Notes under the pieces: model-generated
Databases searched by the model: none
What the model saw: only the letters and a program-made list of their open reading frames with translations
Told to the model about the DNA's origin: nothing
Program-made: the position numbers and the translations under genes
Part shown: piece after piece, positions 12,832 through 27,058 of the stretch
Numbering within the stretch: position 1 is the first letter of the stretch
Layout of the letters: each line of letters starts with the position of its first letter
Assembly: GCA_043228905.1 (NCBI GenBank)
Contig: JBHGNT010000014.1
Span: 18,848,001 to 18,912,000 of the forward strand
Length of the DNA: 64,000 nucleotides
Reading direction: 5' to 3'
Source: Azolla caroliniana
Taxonomy: Eukaryota > Plantae > Polypodiophyta

Positions 12832-13524
12832 GATTTTTACCTAGCAATTCATCTAATTGGAATGAAAATTCAACAGTAAAATGATATGTGAAGAAACAAG
12901 TATATTAGATTGTGTGTGTGTGTTTATCACAATATATACTTAACAATTTTATAGAAGCAAATCCATCGGATTTGAGAATCCATATTGACCGTATTGGTTG
13001 TTATTTTTTTTCTACTTTGAACTCATAGAGTTTCTATTCTTTTGAGAAACCTTGGTTGGAGAAATTTGTGTACGACATTTGGGGGTGAAGGTTTAAGAAT
13101 AAAATGGTGTGGGTTTTTGTGTGTTTCTAGAACAACAAAGACATGATAGGTTGTGAACCTTCATTGACAATACTCATGTATGATAGCCATGAATATTACA
13201 ATGCAAAGCTTCCTTCAGATGCCATGAATTCAACTTGAAGGAAGCTTCCTTCAGATGCAAAGCTTCCTTCAGATTCTTTGGCATTGGCGAAAGAACAAAA
13301 AAAGGCCCCTCTAACTTGAATGAAACAAGTTCAAAATTGGTTTGGAAATGCTAGAATTAGCTGTTTGTTTGTGAAATTAAGTCCCAATAGTCTTCTGAAA
13401 AGTTTTCTTTCTTGTGGAATCATTAAATTTCAAGAAAACCCCAATTTTGTTGAGTATCATAAGAAGCATCAAATGTAACGCTTTCAGTAAAAAAGTGAAA
13501 CTTATTATAATTTTATATCAGATT

Positions 13525-16500
13525 TCTTCTTCTTCTTCTTTTTCTAAAATGAAGCTACTTTCCCATTAGTTAGGAAAGATTATTACATAGAGAGTTTACA
13601 AGTAGACTTATACACATTGGGGAGTCTTCCTCCGATCAAGTAAAAGAAGATGAGCCTACTTACAATGCCTTGCGGCCTAAGTTAATGTAAGAAGCTACCT
13701 ATATCTAAGGCGATGCCCTTCAATGTTGCCTAGTACGAGTCGGCTCTTGGGGCCTACAACGAAGAGAGGGTGGCAGGTGAGTAGGAAACAACCAGCGTGG
13801 GGGTTGGTAATTCCACCTCGGGCCACTCTCACCTTGCATCACCATAGGTGTGTTCCTCCATTTCTGCCAAAAGCGCAACTGGGCAGAGATCACGTCGTTG
13901 GAGTGGTTGCAAATCTCTTCCAGTTGCCCTCGTAGGCAGCTGATAATCGCGAACCATATGTCCATGATCACTTCCTTCGGGGGCCGTACCGTACCTTGGA
14001 AAACCTTGAGGCAACGCGCTTTCCATATATACCACAAGGTGAAACCTACAATCAACATCTAGATTTCTGGAAACCTAGGGGATGCGGGCTGCAAGCCTCT
14101 TTCGAAACGGATCTTGACGATTTTGCCTCTCGTGCATACATAGCACCAACTATCTGCATTGACGGTGTCTGTTCACCCTTCGACTGAGTGACCAATCCAT
14201 GCGGCAGCGCTCCACGAGGCTATTCCTTCAACTTCACATGCCGCAAGGAGGCGAGTTACTCTATCCTAGATCTTTTGAGCTTGAGGGCAATCCCACAGAC
14301 AATGTCTCAGAGTCTCAATAGGTCGTGAGCACAGTGGGCAGCCTAACGGGCCGCCGTGTTTATCTAGCCATTCGCCAACGGGCACCACATTATGACCAAT
14401 CTGCCACCAAAAGAGCTTGATCTTTTCAGGCATGTGGAGACGCCAAAAACCTTTCCAAAAGGTAATGAGCGCCTCATCGGGGATGCCCAATGTTCACCAA
14501 CCATTGCGAAGGGGGTTGCCTAGCTGCAACTGCAAAGTCCGACCCAATTTAGTGGTGTAATCGAAGAAGTGATGGAGTCTATCATCATGTTTCCATCTGA
14601 AATCCCCTGGGTCCCAATCCAGATCGACAAGGGGGCGACAACCATATACCCTTAACCTCCAATGGGGTTCCACCTTAGCAACATCAGGGTCTGTCTTCTA
14701 GATGTTGTCAACCTGTGCCACCACTTGGATTAGGTGCCAAGAGCCCCTGCTCTGACTGTCCCCAAAAACTGTATCTCTCCTCGATCCGCTCACACCCTTT
14801 AGCGACTTGACCATTCCAACCTCGTCAAAGAGACCGAACCATGCAGGTTCTCTCGCCTCCCCCATCGGAACCCTATCAACTGCCTCAGCTATCAGTCTCC
14901 ACATTTTCGTAGCTCCCTTGAGGGGAGGGAAAAGGTCCTCTTGGGCTTTTCTTGAAACAACCATGTGTCTCCAATCGTCTATAGATAGGAGGCCTGTTTG
15001 TGCCAGCTTTCCCCATGCTAGGCCCTTAAGTTGCCCTAGCATCGCGTCGTCACTTGTTCGCACGTGAGGATTCCAGAATAGTGGCTGTCTAGTCCATTTG
15101 GTCAATGTCTCCGGGGTGTGTTTGACCAAATGTTGTTGTAGGCACCATGCTCGCAAGATGGAGTTCACGACCCTGTCCTCTGGATGGCAAGCTAGCTTGG
15201 GTGGGACTCCGCTCGTGCAACACCAATTCAAGGAGTCGGGCCAAGGCCTACCATACTTGGGAGTCCCTGCTTGCAGCTTGTTGCGAAGTAGTACGTTCCA
15301 ACACCCCTTACCTGGTAGGAGGTGACGAACCACCATTTTAGCCAGCAATGAACGACTCTGCATTAAGGGGTCTATGAGGCCAAGCCCCCCGTTGGCCCGC
15401 GGTTGCGTTAACCAACACCATGACACTCTGGCAGCAGCCCTTGGGTTGTCCTTACCTGACCATATAAACCCCCTGATGGCAGCCTTAATCGCGTGCAGAC
15501 CTACACTGCAGGGTCCATAATCCAGCAGGAGACTGAGTGCCACATGGTAGCGAGCAGCACTTGGTTCGCAACAAGGCTCCTACCAGTGAAGGATAGTTTA
15601 GATCTACTCCATTGGGTCAACTTCCTGTTTATTTTGTCTTGTACGTGGGCCAATTGCACTCCCTTGGGGATTAACCTCCCCATCGTAAATCCAAGGTACT
15701 TGAACGTTGTCCCATCAGGGACCCACATAAAATCGGCATGGGGTTGCCATCTTGGTTTCTCTTGTTCGCTGAACCATAGGCCTTGGGTTTTATTCCAATT
15801 GATCTTCACACCAGCTGCCTAACAAAAGTCCTCAACAAGATGTTCAGCCCGTTGCAAATTATCCTCATCACCTTGCAAGAAAAGAACCGTATCGTCGGCA
15901 TATTCAGATAGCAACAAATCTTCAGTCGCATTGGGGATGGGCAATCCCCGTGTTGGTGCTTGTAAGTAGGCGGAGAAAGTCTCGGTTACAAAGAGATAGA
16001 GATATGGGGCTAGGAGACAACCTTGCCTCACTGAGCGTTGTAGTTGGAAGGCGGGTCCCCTAGAACCAGCCAACAACACGCTACTCGTAGTTGTCCGATA
16101 GAGTGCAAAAGTGCAATTCCTCCATTTTTGAGGTAGGTCCAAAGCTCGCATCACATTTTCCAAAAAGGGCCATAACACCAGGTCGTAGGCCTTCTCGAAG
16201 TCTAACATCAGAATAGCCGAGCTCGATACGGAGCGGCCAACCAATGCCATAGCTTCCCAAAGAAGCAACACATTATCAAAGATACATCTGTTCTTGACAA
16301 ATCCAGTTTGATTGTCATGTATGATGTCTGGTAAGAAGCTTGCTAACCGCCGAGCTAGGACTTTAGCGAGTATCTTGTATGTCGTGTTAAGGATCGTGAT
16401 TGGAAGCCATTGGCGCAACTCTAGGCTTCGCTCTGACGCTTTGGGGATGAGATATATCATCCCCTCAGCCAAACCAATTGGCATCTTTCCTGAGGACCAA

Positions 16501-16607
16501 ATCTCTTGAACTCTGGCTTCCAAAGACGGGATGACACATTCCCAATGAATCTCGAAGAAATCTCGTGAGAGACCATCGGGGCCGGGGCATGCACCCCTTC
16601 GCAATCC
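13525..16607 (-). mobile_element. L1-clade LINE, non-inverted 3' portion (RT, zf-RVT-like domain, 3' UTR, A-rich tail)
   Basis: GPDG, LDFEKAYD, VRQGCLLAP, EYADD and CPLC..ETLRHCLWDC motifs in minus-strand ORFs 13720-16643; purine-rich tail near 13525-13545. Confidence 0.92.
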
Positions 16608-18359
16608 TCTCTCAAGGACAACGGAAAGGGTAAGATAGGCCAACCAACACCTGGTTTGGCGACGACTCTCTTAGATAGAGGGATGCAAGAGGTGTCACCG
16701 CTTCGGAGCACAAATGTATCGCGGGATCTATTTGAAGCGGGTCGGGAACGACCGGCTGAGAATCCCGCAGGGGATTTGTAGCATGCTGTGGAGACCATAC
16801 CCCCCGAAATAGGTGTTAGGTTGCCCCATAACATGGGGATCGGCCCGAACATGGGCGTCAATGTCACCGCTTTCGGATGAGGATCCTAACGTGGAATGTA
16901 CAGGGCCTTGGTGGAGGCCGACAACACCAAGAGTGTAGAAGACTTCAGAAGGAGCTGAATCCCCTTAATATAGGGGGCCATATTGACATATTACTTTTGC
17001 AGGAACACCACCTCTCGCAAGTGCGAACTCAGAGCTTAGTAAACCCCTTGTCGGGTGGGTGGACCACATGGTGGTTAGCTGCACAGGGTGACTTCCACCG
17101 AAGAGGAGGGGTCTGCATCTTGATCAACGATAAGGCTCGATATGAAGTAACATCATTTGGCACGCTGGTGGAGGGTCAGGCCTTATACGTGCTTCTGAAA
17201 TGGAATCACCTACAGGTTGGGGTGCTAAACATTTATGCCCCTAACTCAGCCCCCGAGAGAGCAATCTTTTGGAGGATGTTAGCGACAACATTACCTGATG
17301 CCGAGGCTTGGGTAATGGCAGGTGATTTCAACATGACTGAACACCTGGGAGATAGGAAAGGAGGGACCTAGAGGCCTATTTATGGTGCGGAGCTGGATTC
17401 ATGGGCTTTCCTAATTGGCAAAATTGGGGTGAAGGATACATGGGGCTCTTCCCTTAGGAGAAGCTCACATTCGTTGCACTTTTCCATTGCCGCCGGGAAT
17501 GCTAGGGGCGGTAGTCTTGCACGGCTAGATCACATATACATCAGCTCATCCCTCGAAGAGCTTGGGGGCGCCTTTGCTATCTTGGCCGGTCTTACCTTTT
17601 CAGATCATCAGCCGGTGAGACTAGACCTTAACCCACCCAACGATAGCAAGGGCAGTCTCAATGTGAAGATCCCCACAAAGATCATGAAGAGTGAAGAGGT
17701 GAAGGTTGGTTTACAAAGTATATGGCAGGACACCATGGGCAATGAATCAGCCAACGAAGATTTGAAAAAAAATTGGCCCTCTACTCCTCCTTCTTACAGC
17801 AAGAGACCAAGCGCGCCCTCCAGCAGGTTAGAGCCATTGAAACAAAATTAAGGAAGGCTGTTGCGGCAACGCAACGACTGCTACAGGTAGACCCTGGTTG
17901 CACTTGGTCTAGAGCTAAGCTGGAGGAAGCAAAGATGAAGGTACAGGAAAGGACTTTGGAGAAGAACCAAATGTTGTTTCGAAGAAACGCAGCATGGTGG
18001 GCTAGAAAAGACGACAAGGTCAACCGACATTTCTTTCACTACAAGGCACCCAAGGGTGGTGGTGGACGTATACAAGGGTTGCGAAAACCAGACAGCTCGA
18101 TAACGGAGGACAAGACTGAGATTCTGGAAATGGAAACACAATACTATCGTGACCTCCTCGCACCTATGCAGGTGAGGCAACACACGGAGTTGGCTGATCG
18201 AGTGATGTCTTGCATTCACCCCAAGGTAACCCAGGCGATGGAAGTTGTGCTCGATAGCCCCATCTCTTGTTTAGAACTCTTGGAGGCGCTTAGGGGATTG
18301 CGAAGGGGTGCATGCCCCTGCCCCGATGGTCTCTCACGAGATTTCTTCGAGATTCATTG
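16608..18359 (+). mobile_element. Inverted 5' portion of the same LINE (ORF1 end plus APE endonuclease)
   Basis: MRILTWNVQGL, LLQEH, NIYAPN, GDFN, RLD and SDH endonuclease motifs. The last 65 bp (18295-18359) are the reverse complement of 16543-16607. Confidence 0.9.
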
Positions 18360-20137
18360 CCTTGTATGGCTTTGATTAGAAAAAACCATTGTGCCCATTA
18401 ATGACAAAATGAAAGTCAATAGAGAGAGAGAGAGGGAGTTTAAATGCTTAAAAGAAAGGTTATGCTTACAATATTAATTTTGAGTACTTAGCTCCCTATA
18501 TTTGCTCACATGTGATTGTCAAGCATGTTGGTGTTACTCACCAAACTAATATGAACCTTTCCATATATTTCTCCATTCGTAATGAGCATGAGCAGAAAGT
18601 CTTCAAACTCAAGATCAAAGCATCTCCATGGCTTCATACCAACCCATTAACTACAATCTACAAGTTTGTAAGACGAGACATTATGTGCGTAGTGCAATAT
18701 GACAGGTTGACAAATTTTTATGATCGTATGGAATAGAGAGACAAGAAAGTGTTGGATTTAGCGTAAATGGGTTAATGATGAATTTCAATCATGATGCACT
18801 AACACTAATAACATGCAAGCATATATCTGTTTTTTTTGCAAGCAAAATTTAACAAGAAGAAATATCAATTTAATTCGGGAGGCAAAAAGTTTGAAATATG
18901 GTTTACACACGCATCTTGTTGATTTTATAGGAAAAACTACATTTATGTTTTCATCGTGGGACTCAAGTTGGCTATACATTAATTGTTTTGGCTCGGCTTC
19001 CCAAAATAATCAATTTTGTAATTTGATCCAAGAACAGACACCTTGTGTACATAACCTGTTGGTTGAATTGCTCCAATCTTCATATAACGTTTGAAACATT
19101 AAAAAATGCTACAAAACATTTCATGTATGTGTACATGAATACCAAACCAAGCCAAGTAAACGATAGGTTGCTAAAATATACTGTGAGATATGATTGATCG
19201 ATCAAACTTTAGTTTTGAGATATAGACTTAGGAGTTGTATGTGCATTGCTAGTTCCCACTATTTGTAGGTATTGTAAGATAGTGAAGCAAGCATCTTGGC
19301 TTCTTGATGCAAACAATGCCAGTCATAGTTACCAAGACCGACATTCACTCGTGAAATCCCTCTAAAAAATTGGACTAAATATGTAGACCTTGATTTATGG
19401 CACAAAAAAGAAAGATAAACCTCATGAAACAAGGACTAGTTTCCTCAATTCGGATATTGAAAATAGAAAGCATACTACTAATATCGACCATTCACGACAA
19501 CATCTTATTTGTTATTCATGATAATGGTAACAATAGTCGGGGGCCGCCCAAATAATGCTAATTTTCATGTAATGGAGAATAGCTAAAGCAACATTCAATG
19601 CTTTAGTAAGAGTAGAAAGCTCATGCATTGAAGGATACAATACTTGTACATTTGATCCTATTCAAGGTGCTCTTTTTTGCATTGAAGGTTAGGTTTATGA
19701 GAAAGGTTGGGTGGAGTTCGCGAACGAGGTGAAGACAGATCCACACAATCCCATCTAGAAATACGGAAATATTAGCTTTGCCTTGAAGTAGCCCTATATA
19801 GTTAAAGCCAGAAATTTTGAAATATTGCTTTTTATAGATTCAAGGCCACACATGCATGATCGAAACTCAATAAAGGAACACGAGGGTATCATGGTTCGAG
19901 ATGAAGTACAACAACATACAATTCGTTTGGTACGACATTCGTAAAGTCTCAAATGTATAATTGCGAGGGTATAGTTTGCCCTCCCGAGTGCGTTACTGAG
20001 AGTTAGTGTGCGTCCAAATTCAATGGACAAATGAGCAAGTGTGTCTGGTGTCGATAGGAAGCTCAATCAAAGATGGGATTATGGGAGTATTATGACACAT
20101 AATTTTGTGAAGAGAAGAAGAGGCATAGTTTTGTTGA

Positions 20138-20160
20138 ATACATACATACATACATAGACA

Positions 20161-20192
<32 letters not shown>

Positions 20193-20202
20193 CACACACA
20201 CA
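20138..20202. repeat. (TACA)n/(CA)n microsatellite
   Basis: Direct reading. Confidence 0.9.
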
Positions 20203-21021
20203 TTAGACAAAAGCACCCTACCCTGTTTTCTTGTCTTTTATTTCTTCCAAACAACTCTAGTGTTCTGGTTTTGCAAGTAAGTAAAATCGCCCACCTTTTC
20301 TCTGGCTGTTCTTTCTTTCTTTATATGGATAATGGTATGGTAAAATAAGAAGTCAAACCCATGACCTTACAATCATAGTCTAATAGTCCTAGCTCAACTG
20401 AGGTTTTCTCGGTGGTGTTCTCAATATCATTGCCTTGGCACAAGAGATGTAAGCTAGTTTTGGGGCCATATATAGTCACACCCAAAGGAACCATTTTGGC
20501 CGCACTTTCGTTGCAATCGAAGAGGATTAGCCTTGTTTGCAAAAAGCGTCTGGTTTAGCTTGGATGGGTAGCTTTCCAACCTGAATATAGACCGAGGATT
20601 TCTATATTGTTATTTAAAGGGTTTCATAGTCATGATCCAATGCACATGATGTGGGCATTGTTTAGGAAAACCGGCATTTCCGTGTAATTTCCACTAGTTG
20701 AAATGAAACAGCCTAGCATGCTCGCAAGATCCTACATGTTCATCTAATGGGTCGAGGAAAATGTATTCCATTCATATTGACTTGGGTGGTTGTCCTTCAT
20801 GGGACAACTGATGGGGGTCACATCTAATCTTAAGGTTTTGGATCGATTGATGTACGAAGGACTTATAATGCCGACTGGTCTTTGATTGGCGAAAACATAG
20901 AGGAACATAGATTTGTACTCTGGCACACTAAGAAATGCATTTGTTGATGATATTGATGTGTAACTTTGTCAAACTTACTTTGAAAGCATGTCAAATGTTT
21001 AACCTTGATTCGACCTACAAC

Positions 21022-21533
21022 TATCATATCATGATGCTCTGACCTCGTTGAGAAATGCAAGCATATGCATCATCAAGGCCACAAATGTGGTAGTTTTTGC
21101 ATGACCATTATCATATCATGATGCTCTGGCCTTGTTGAAAATGCAAGCTAGGCATCATCAAGGCCACAAATGTGGTAGTTTTTGCATTACCATTATCATA
21201 TCATGATGCTCTGACCTTGTTGAGAAATGCAAGCATATGCATCATCAAGGCCACAAATGTGGTAATTTTTGCATGACCATTATCATAACATGATGCTCTG
21301 ACCTTGTTGAGAAAAAGCATATGCATCATCAAGGCCACAAATGTGGTAGTTTTTGCATGACCATTATCATATCATGATGCTCTGACCTTGTTGAGAAATG
21401 CAAGCATATGCATCATCAAGGCCACAAATGTGGTAGTTTTTGCATGACCATTATCATATCATGATTCTCTGACCTTGTTAAAAATGCAAGCATACGCATC
21501 ATCAAGGCCATAAATGTGGTAGTTTTTGCATGC
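21022..21533. repeat. ~87-bp tandem repeat, ~6 copies, upstream of the EBP-like gene
   Basis: Unit tatcatatcatgatgctctgaccttgttgagaaatgcaagcatatgcatcatcaaggccacaaatgtggtagtttttgcatgaccat at 21022, 21109 and onward. Confidence 0.95.
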
Positions 21534-21994
21534 ATATGAATCCAAAACTTTAATGTATTCCATGATGCAGCTTGACCGAGTTAGTATGCTGGAAAATATG
21601 CACCAATCTATAGAGAGCAACAAGAAGCTTGAGTTAATCGGAAAGATGATGAATTTATAGGAGATTGAAACAAATACAGCCATTTTTCCTTACAAAGTGA
21701 TTGTTGTTACTCATAACTTTTCAAACGAGGCTTGTCAAAACAATCGACAGTGTCTTCAGAGAGAGCCAGTGACCTTGGCAATGGCTAGAGCATCAAGAAT
21801 ACACTCTGAGTGATTCATTTGATGCATTCCAAACTGCGGTTCATAATTGAATTGATATAACACTAATGAAATATGGATAATAAAAAGAAGAAGAAATATT
21901 GTGAACCGTTTTTGGGCTAAATTTGGTTTTAGCTAGGGTTGTTTTGTTGATTTGGTTTGATCTGTTTTGTTTCTTATTGCACAAGTTGAAGAGA

Positions 21995-23884
21995 ATGGTG
22001 TCCCATCCTTATGCTCCGCAGAGCATCGAGCTTCACGGATATGTACCAAATTTTTTATCAGGCTTCCAAATTGTGCTCATATATGCTGCCTCTTGTATTT
22101 TGCTCTGCATCGTTGTAGGTAATCTTCAATATATCCATTGTACTGATTTGTCATTGCGTTTGCACAAATTATTCACAAAAGGAAAATTTCACGTAGGCAA
22201 AATTTTCAACGTTCAAGGTGTCGAGAAGCTTCTCATGTATTGGTTGTCTATTACTGGAGTCACCCATGTAGTTCTTGAAGGCTATTATGTCGTAACACCC
22301 AAATTCTATACTGTGGACTATCCCATGTTCTTGGCAGAAGTTTGTAAGTTTCTTACTCCTATATGCAAACACCTCTTGCTTATACATTTTGTTATGAGCA
22401 TATGTACTATGATCCGAAATATTGAGTCAAATTAAGGTTAGCAAGCGAGCCAGCAAGTTTATTTCCCTTTGCCAGACACAATCTAGATGGATAGTGCGCT
22501 GGAGGGTATACCTAGGTTTTACAGATAAATACTTCAGATCAACCACAAAGTCATGCCACATTACTTGTGTGGCTATGGTCGCAAAAAATGTACCCTTTTC
22601 ACAAAGAAAACTGACTCAAAACACACAAAAAAAGCTCACCATAACATTATTTTTATGTCAGAATAGATGTAAGATAGTTATCCCTCATATAATCTAATAT
22701 CCCAGTCCCTGGCCACCTAAATCCTGTATGGTGAAGGGCTATCCAACAGCTAATGGGCTTGTTTTTAACCTTAATTTGATCACTTTTATAGAGAGATACC
22801 CTGGATCGAGTATCTTCTAGACCATATAACCATCCAGACTATAGCCACAATGATCAGTTAGACATATGCTCATAACATGTTTCTAAGTCTTAACCAAGCA
22901 AAATTGTTTTCTTTGTCTTTTCAACAGGGAAAGAATATGGCAAAGCCGATTCCAGATATGTTTGGAGGGATCCCACAGTTGTCGCTATTGAGATTGTGCT
23001 TTCTTTTTTCAATGGATCAGCATCTTTTCTTGCAATGTAATGTGTATTTCCAACCTTCAAAAACTCGCTCTCACTTCACAAGAACACAATGGCCACATAT
23101 ATTCATGGATTTTCATTGGTTTTCATGAGTTTGGGTCTCTTTGGACACCATATGTATGGTTCAGATACTTACTATGACGGCTCCTTGGTAGTGTGAATAC
23201 CACCATAACTAATAGCCTAAACATAACCATAAAAACTTAAAAATCTACTACTTATTGTTATGTCCTTTTCACATTGACATAGGATATCACCTGGGGCCAT
23301 CAACTAATTAGGCTACAGGACGAATTTAGGTGCAGGTCTGTGAACACCGCTATAGTTTATCATTAACTAAACCTAGCTAGCCATAGGAACTTAAAAAACT
23401 AGAGTTTTACTCTATTTATGGCTGAATGCATGCTAGTACTTGGTTCAACAAGTCGGTCGATTGCACCTTAGAGTACAAATCGGGAGTGGGTTAGTTTAAT
23501 GTGCAAGTTGCCAAAACACAAAATGATTTGTCATGAGTTTAATGGCAAAATGCTAAAGAGAATTTGCTATACTATACAATTGCCTTTACTAATTGGACTC
23601 TACAATTGTCTTGACTTTATTTTAGGTATGCTATAGCAATGAAGAAGCCGTACAAGCACCCATTAATAGTATTGATTTCCCTTGTGGATATATCCATGTT
23701 TATCATCTACTTTGTAAGTCCATGGTTGGGAGGAAATGTTTCCCATGCATCCAGTCCATATTACTTTTGGGTATATTATGCGATGCTGAACTCATTGTAT
23801 GGGGTTTGGATTCCTGGATTGATTGGAATGAGATCTTGGACGAAAATTGTTCAAGCAATGGGTAATAACATGAAGGAGGAATGA
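21995..23884 (+). CDS. EBP: EBP/EXPERA-family sterol delta8-delta7 isomerase-like (HYD1-like); exons 21995-22118, 22197-22343, 22928-23036, 23626-23884; ~212 aa
   Basis: MVSHPYAP start; TGVTHVVLEGYY; spliced hallmark EVWKEYGKADSRY; YYFWVYYAMLN..WIP. All GT-AG junctions are phase-compatible (639 nt). Confidence 0.9.
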
Positions 23885-24728
23885 CAATCATGTTGGGGAT
23901 TTTTACTCCAATGTTATTGTTATTGCAATTACAAAAAATAACATGGTACTTCTCATGAAATTTCTTCACATAATCAAAATGAATCTCTTTTTACCAAATA
24001 ATATAAAGTTTCGAAGTGACTAACAATGAAATAAAACTAGATTAACTACAAGTCTATCTCAATGCTTGTCTTAGTTCTATTGAAGCACTATTAAATTGGC
24101 TCTTTTAGTTGGGGCCATTGCATTTCTCAATTGATCAAAATGCATTATGATATCCTCTCCCTTCTACTCACGATCTTCGACACTAATTTAGATTTCATAA
24201 ATACATGGATAAATTGTAAGTGGTGAACTTTGTGGGATCTGCATGGATAAAGCAACATATAAATGTTTTTATTGTAATTCTCAATTGGCTACAATTTCTC
24301 TTTACTTTTTTGATTGGCTGTTGATAGATGAAACATAGTTGAATTTGTGTACAAAAATCATCTCTTGTACTAAATGCTTTTCTCATCATACAAAAAGCTC
24401 CAATATATACAAAAAGAGTTGTTAACTTTCAATTATTAAAACAAGACAACTAGGGTTTATGAATTTTTCAAAATTGGCTTAACAAAATGATCCATTTTAG
24501 GTTAAAAATAATGAATTTAGTATGTTTATGACATATTATCTTTCTCTATTTGTTGTTGTTACATTTGATTTGTTAAAGGGCCCATAAAAAATGTGAGTTT
24601 ATTCTATTTTCTTATATATATGTATATCTTGAACCTAATCAATTCCTCTAGCTATAAAAGCTGAGTGGTTGATTGAATTCAACAAATTTAGTAGTAAGGT
24701 ACACAATACATTGTTGGCAAAGTTTGAA

Positions 24729-27058
<2,330 letters not shown>

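Noticed and set aside
21923-22435. Single-exon 170-aa ORF
   Set aside because: It reads through a 78-bp in-frame intron and into intron 2; the spliced model fits EBP better.
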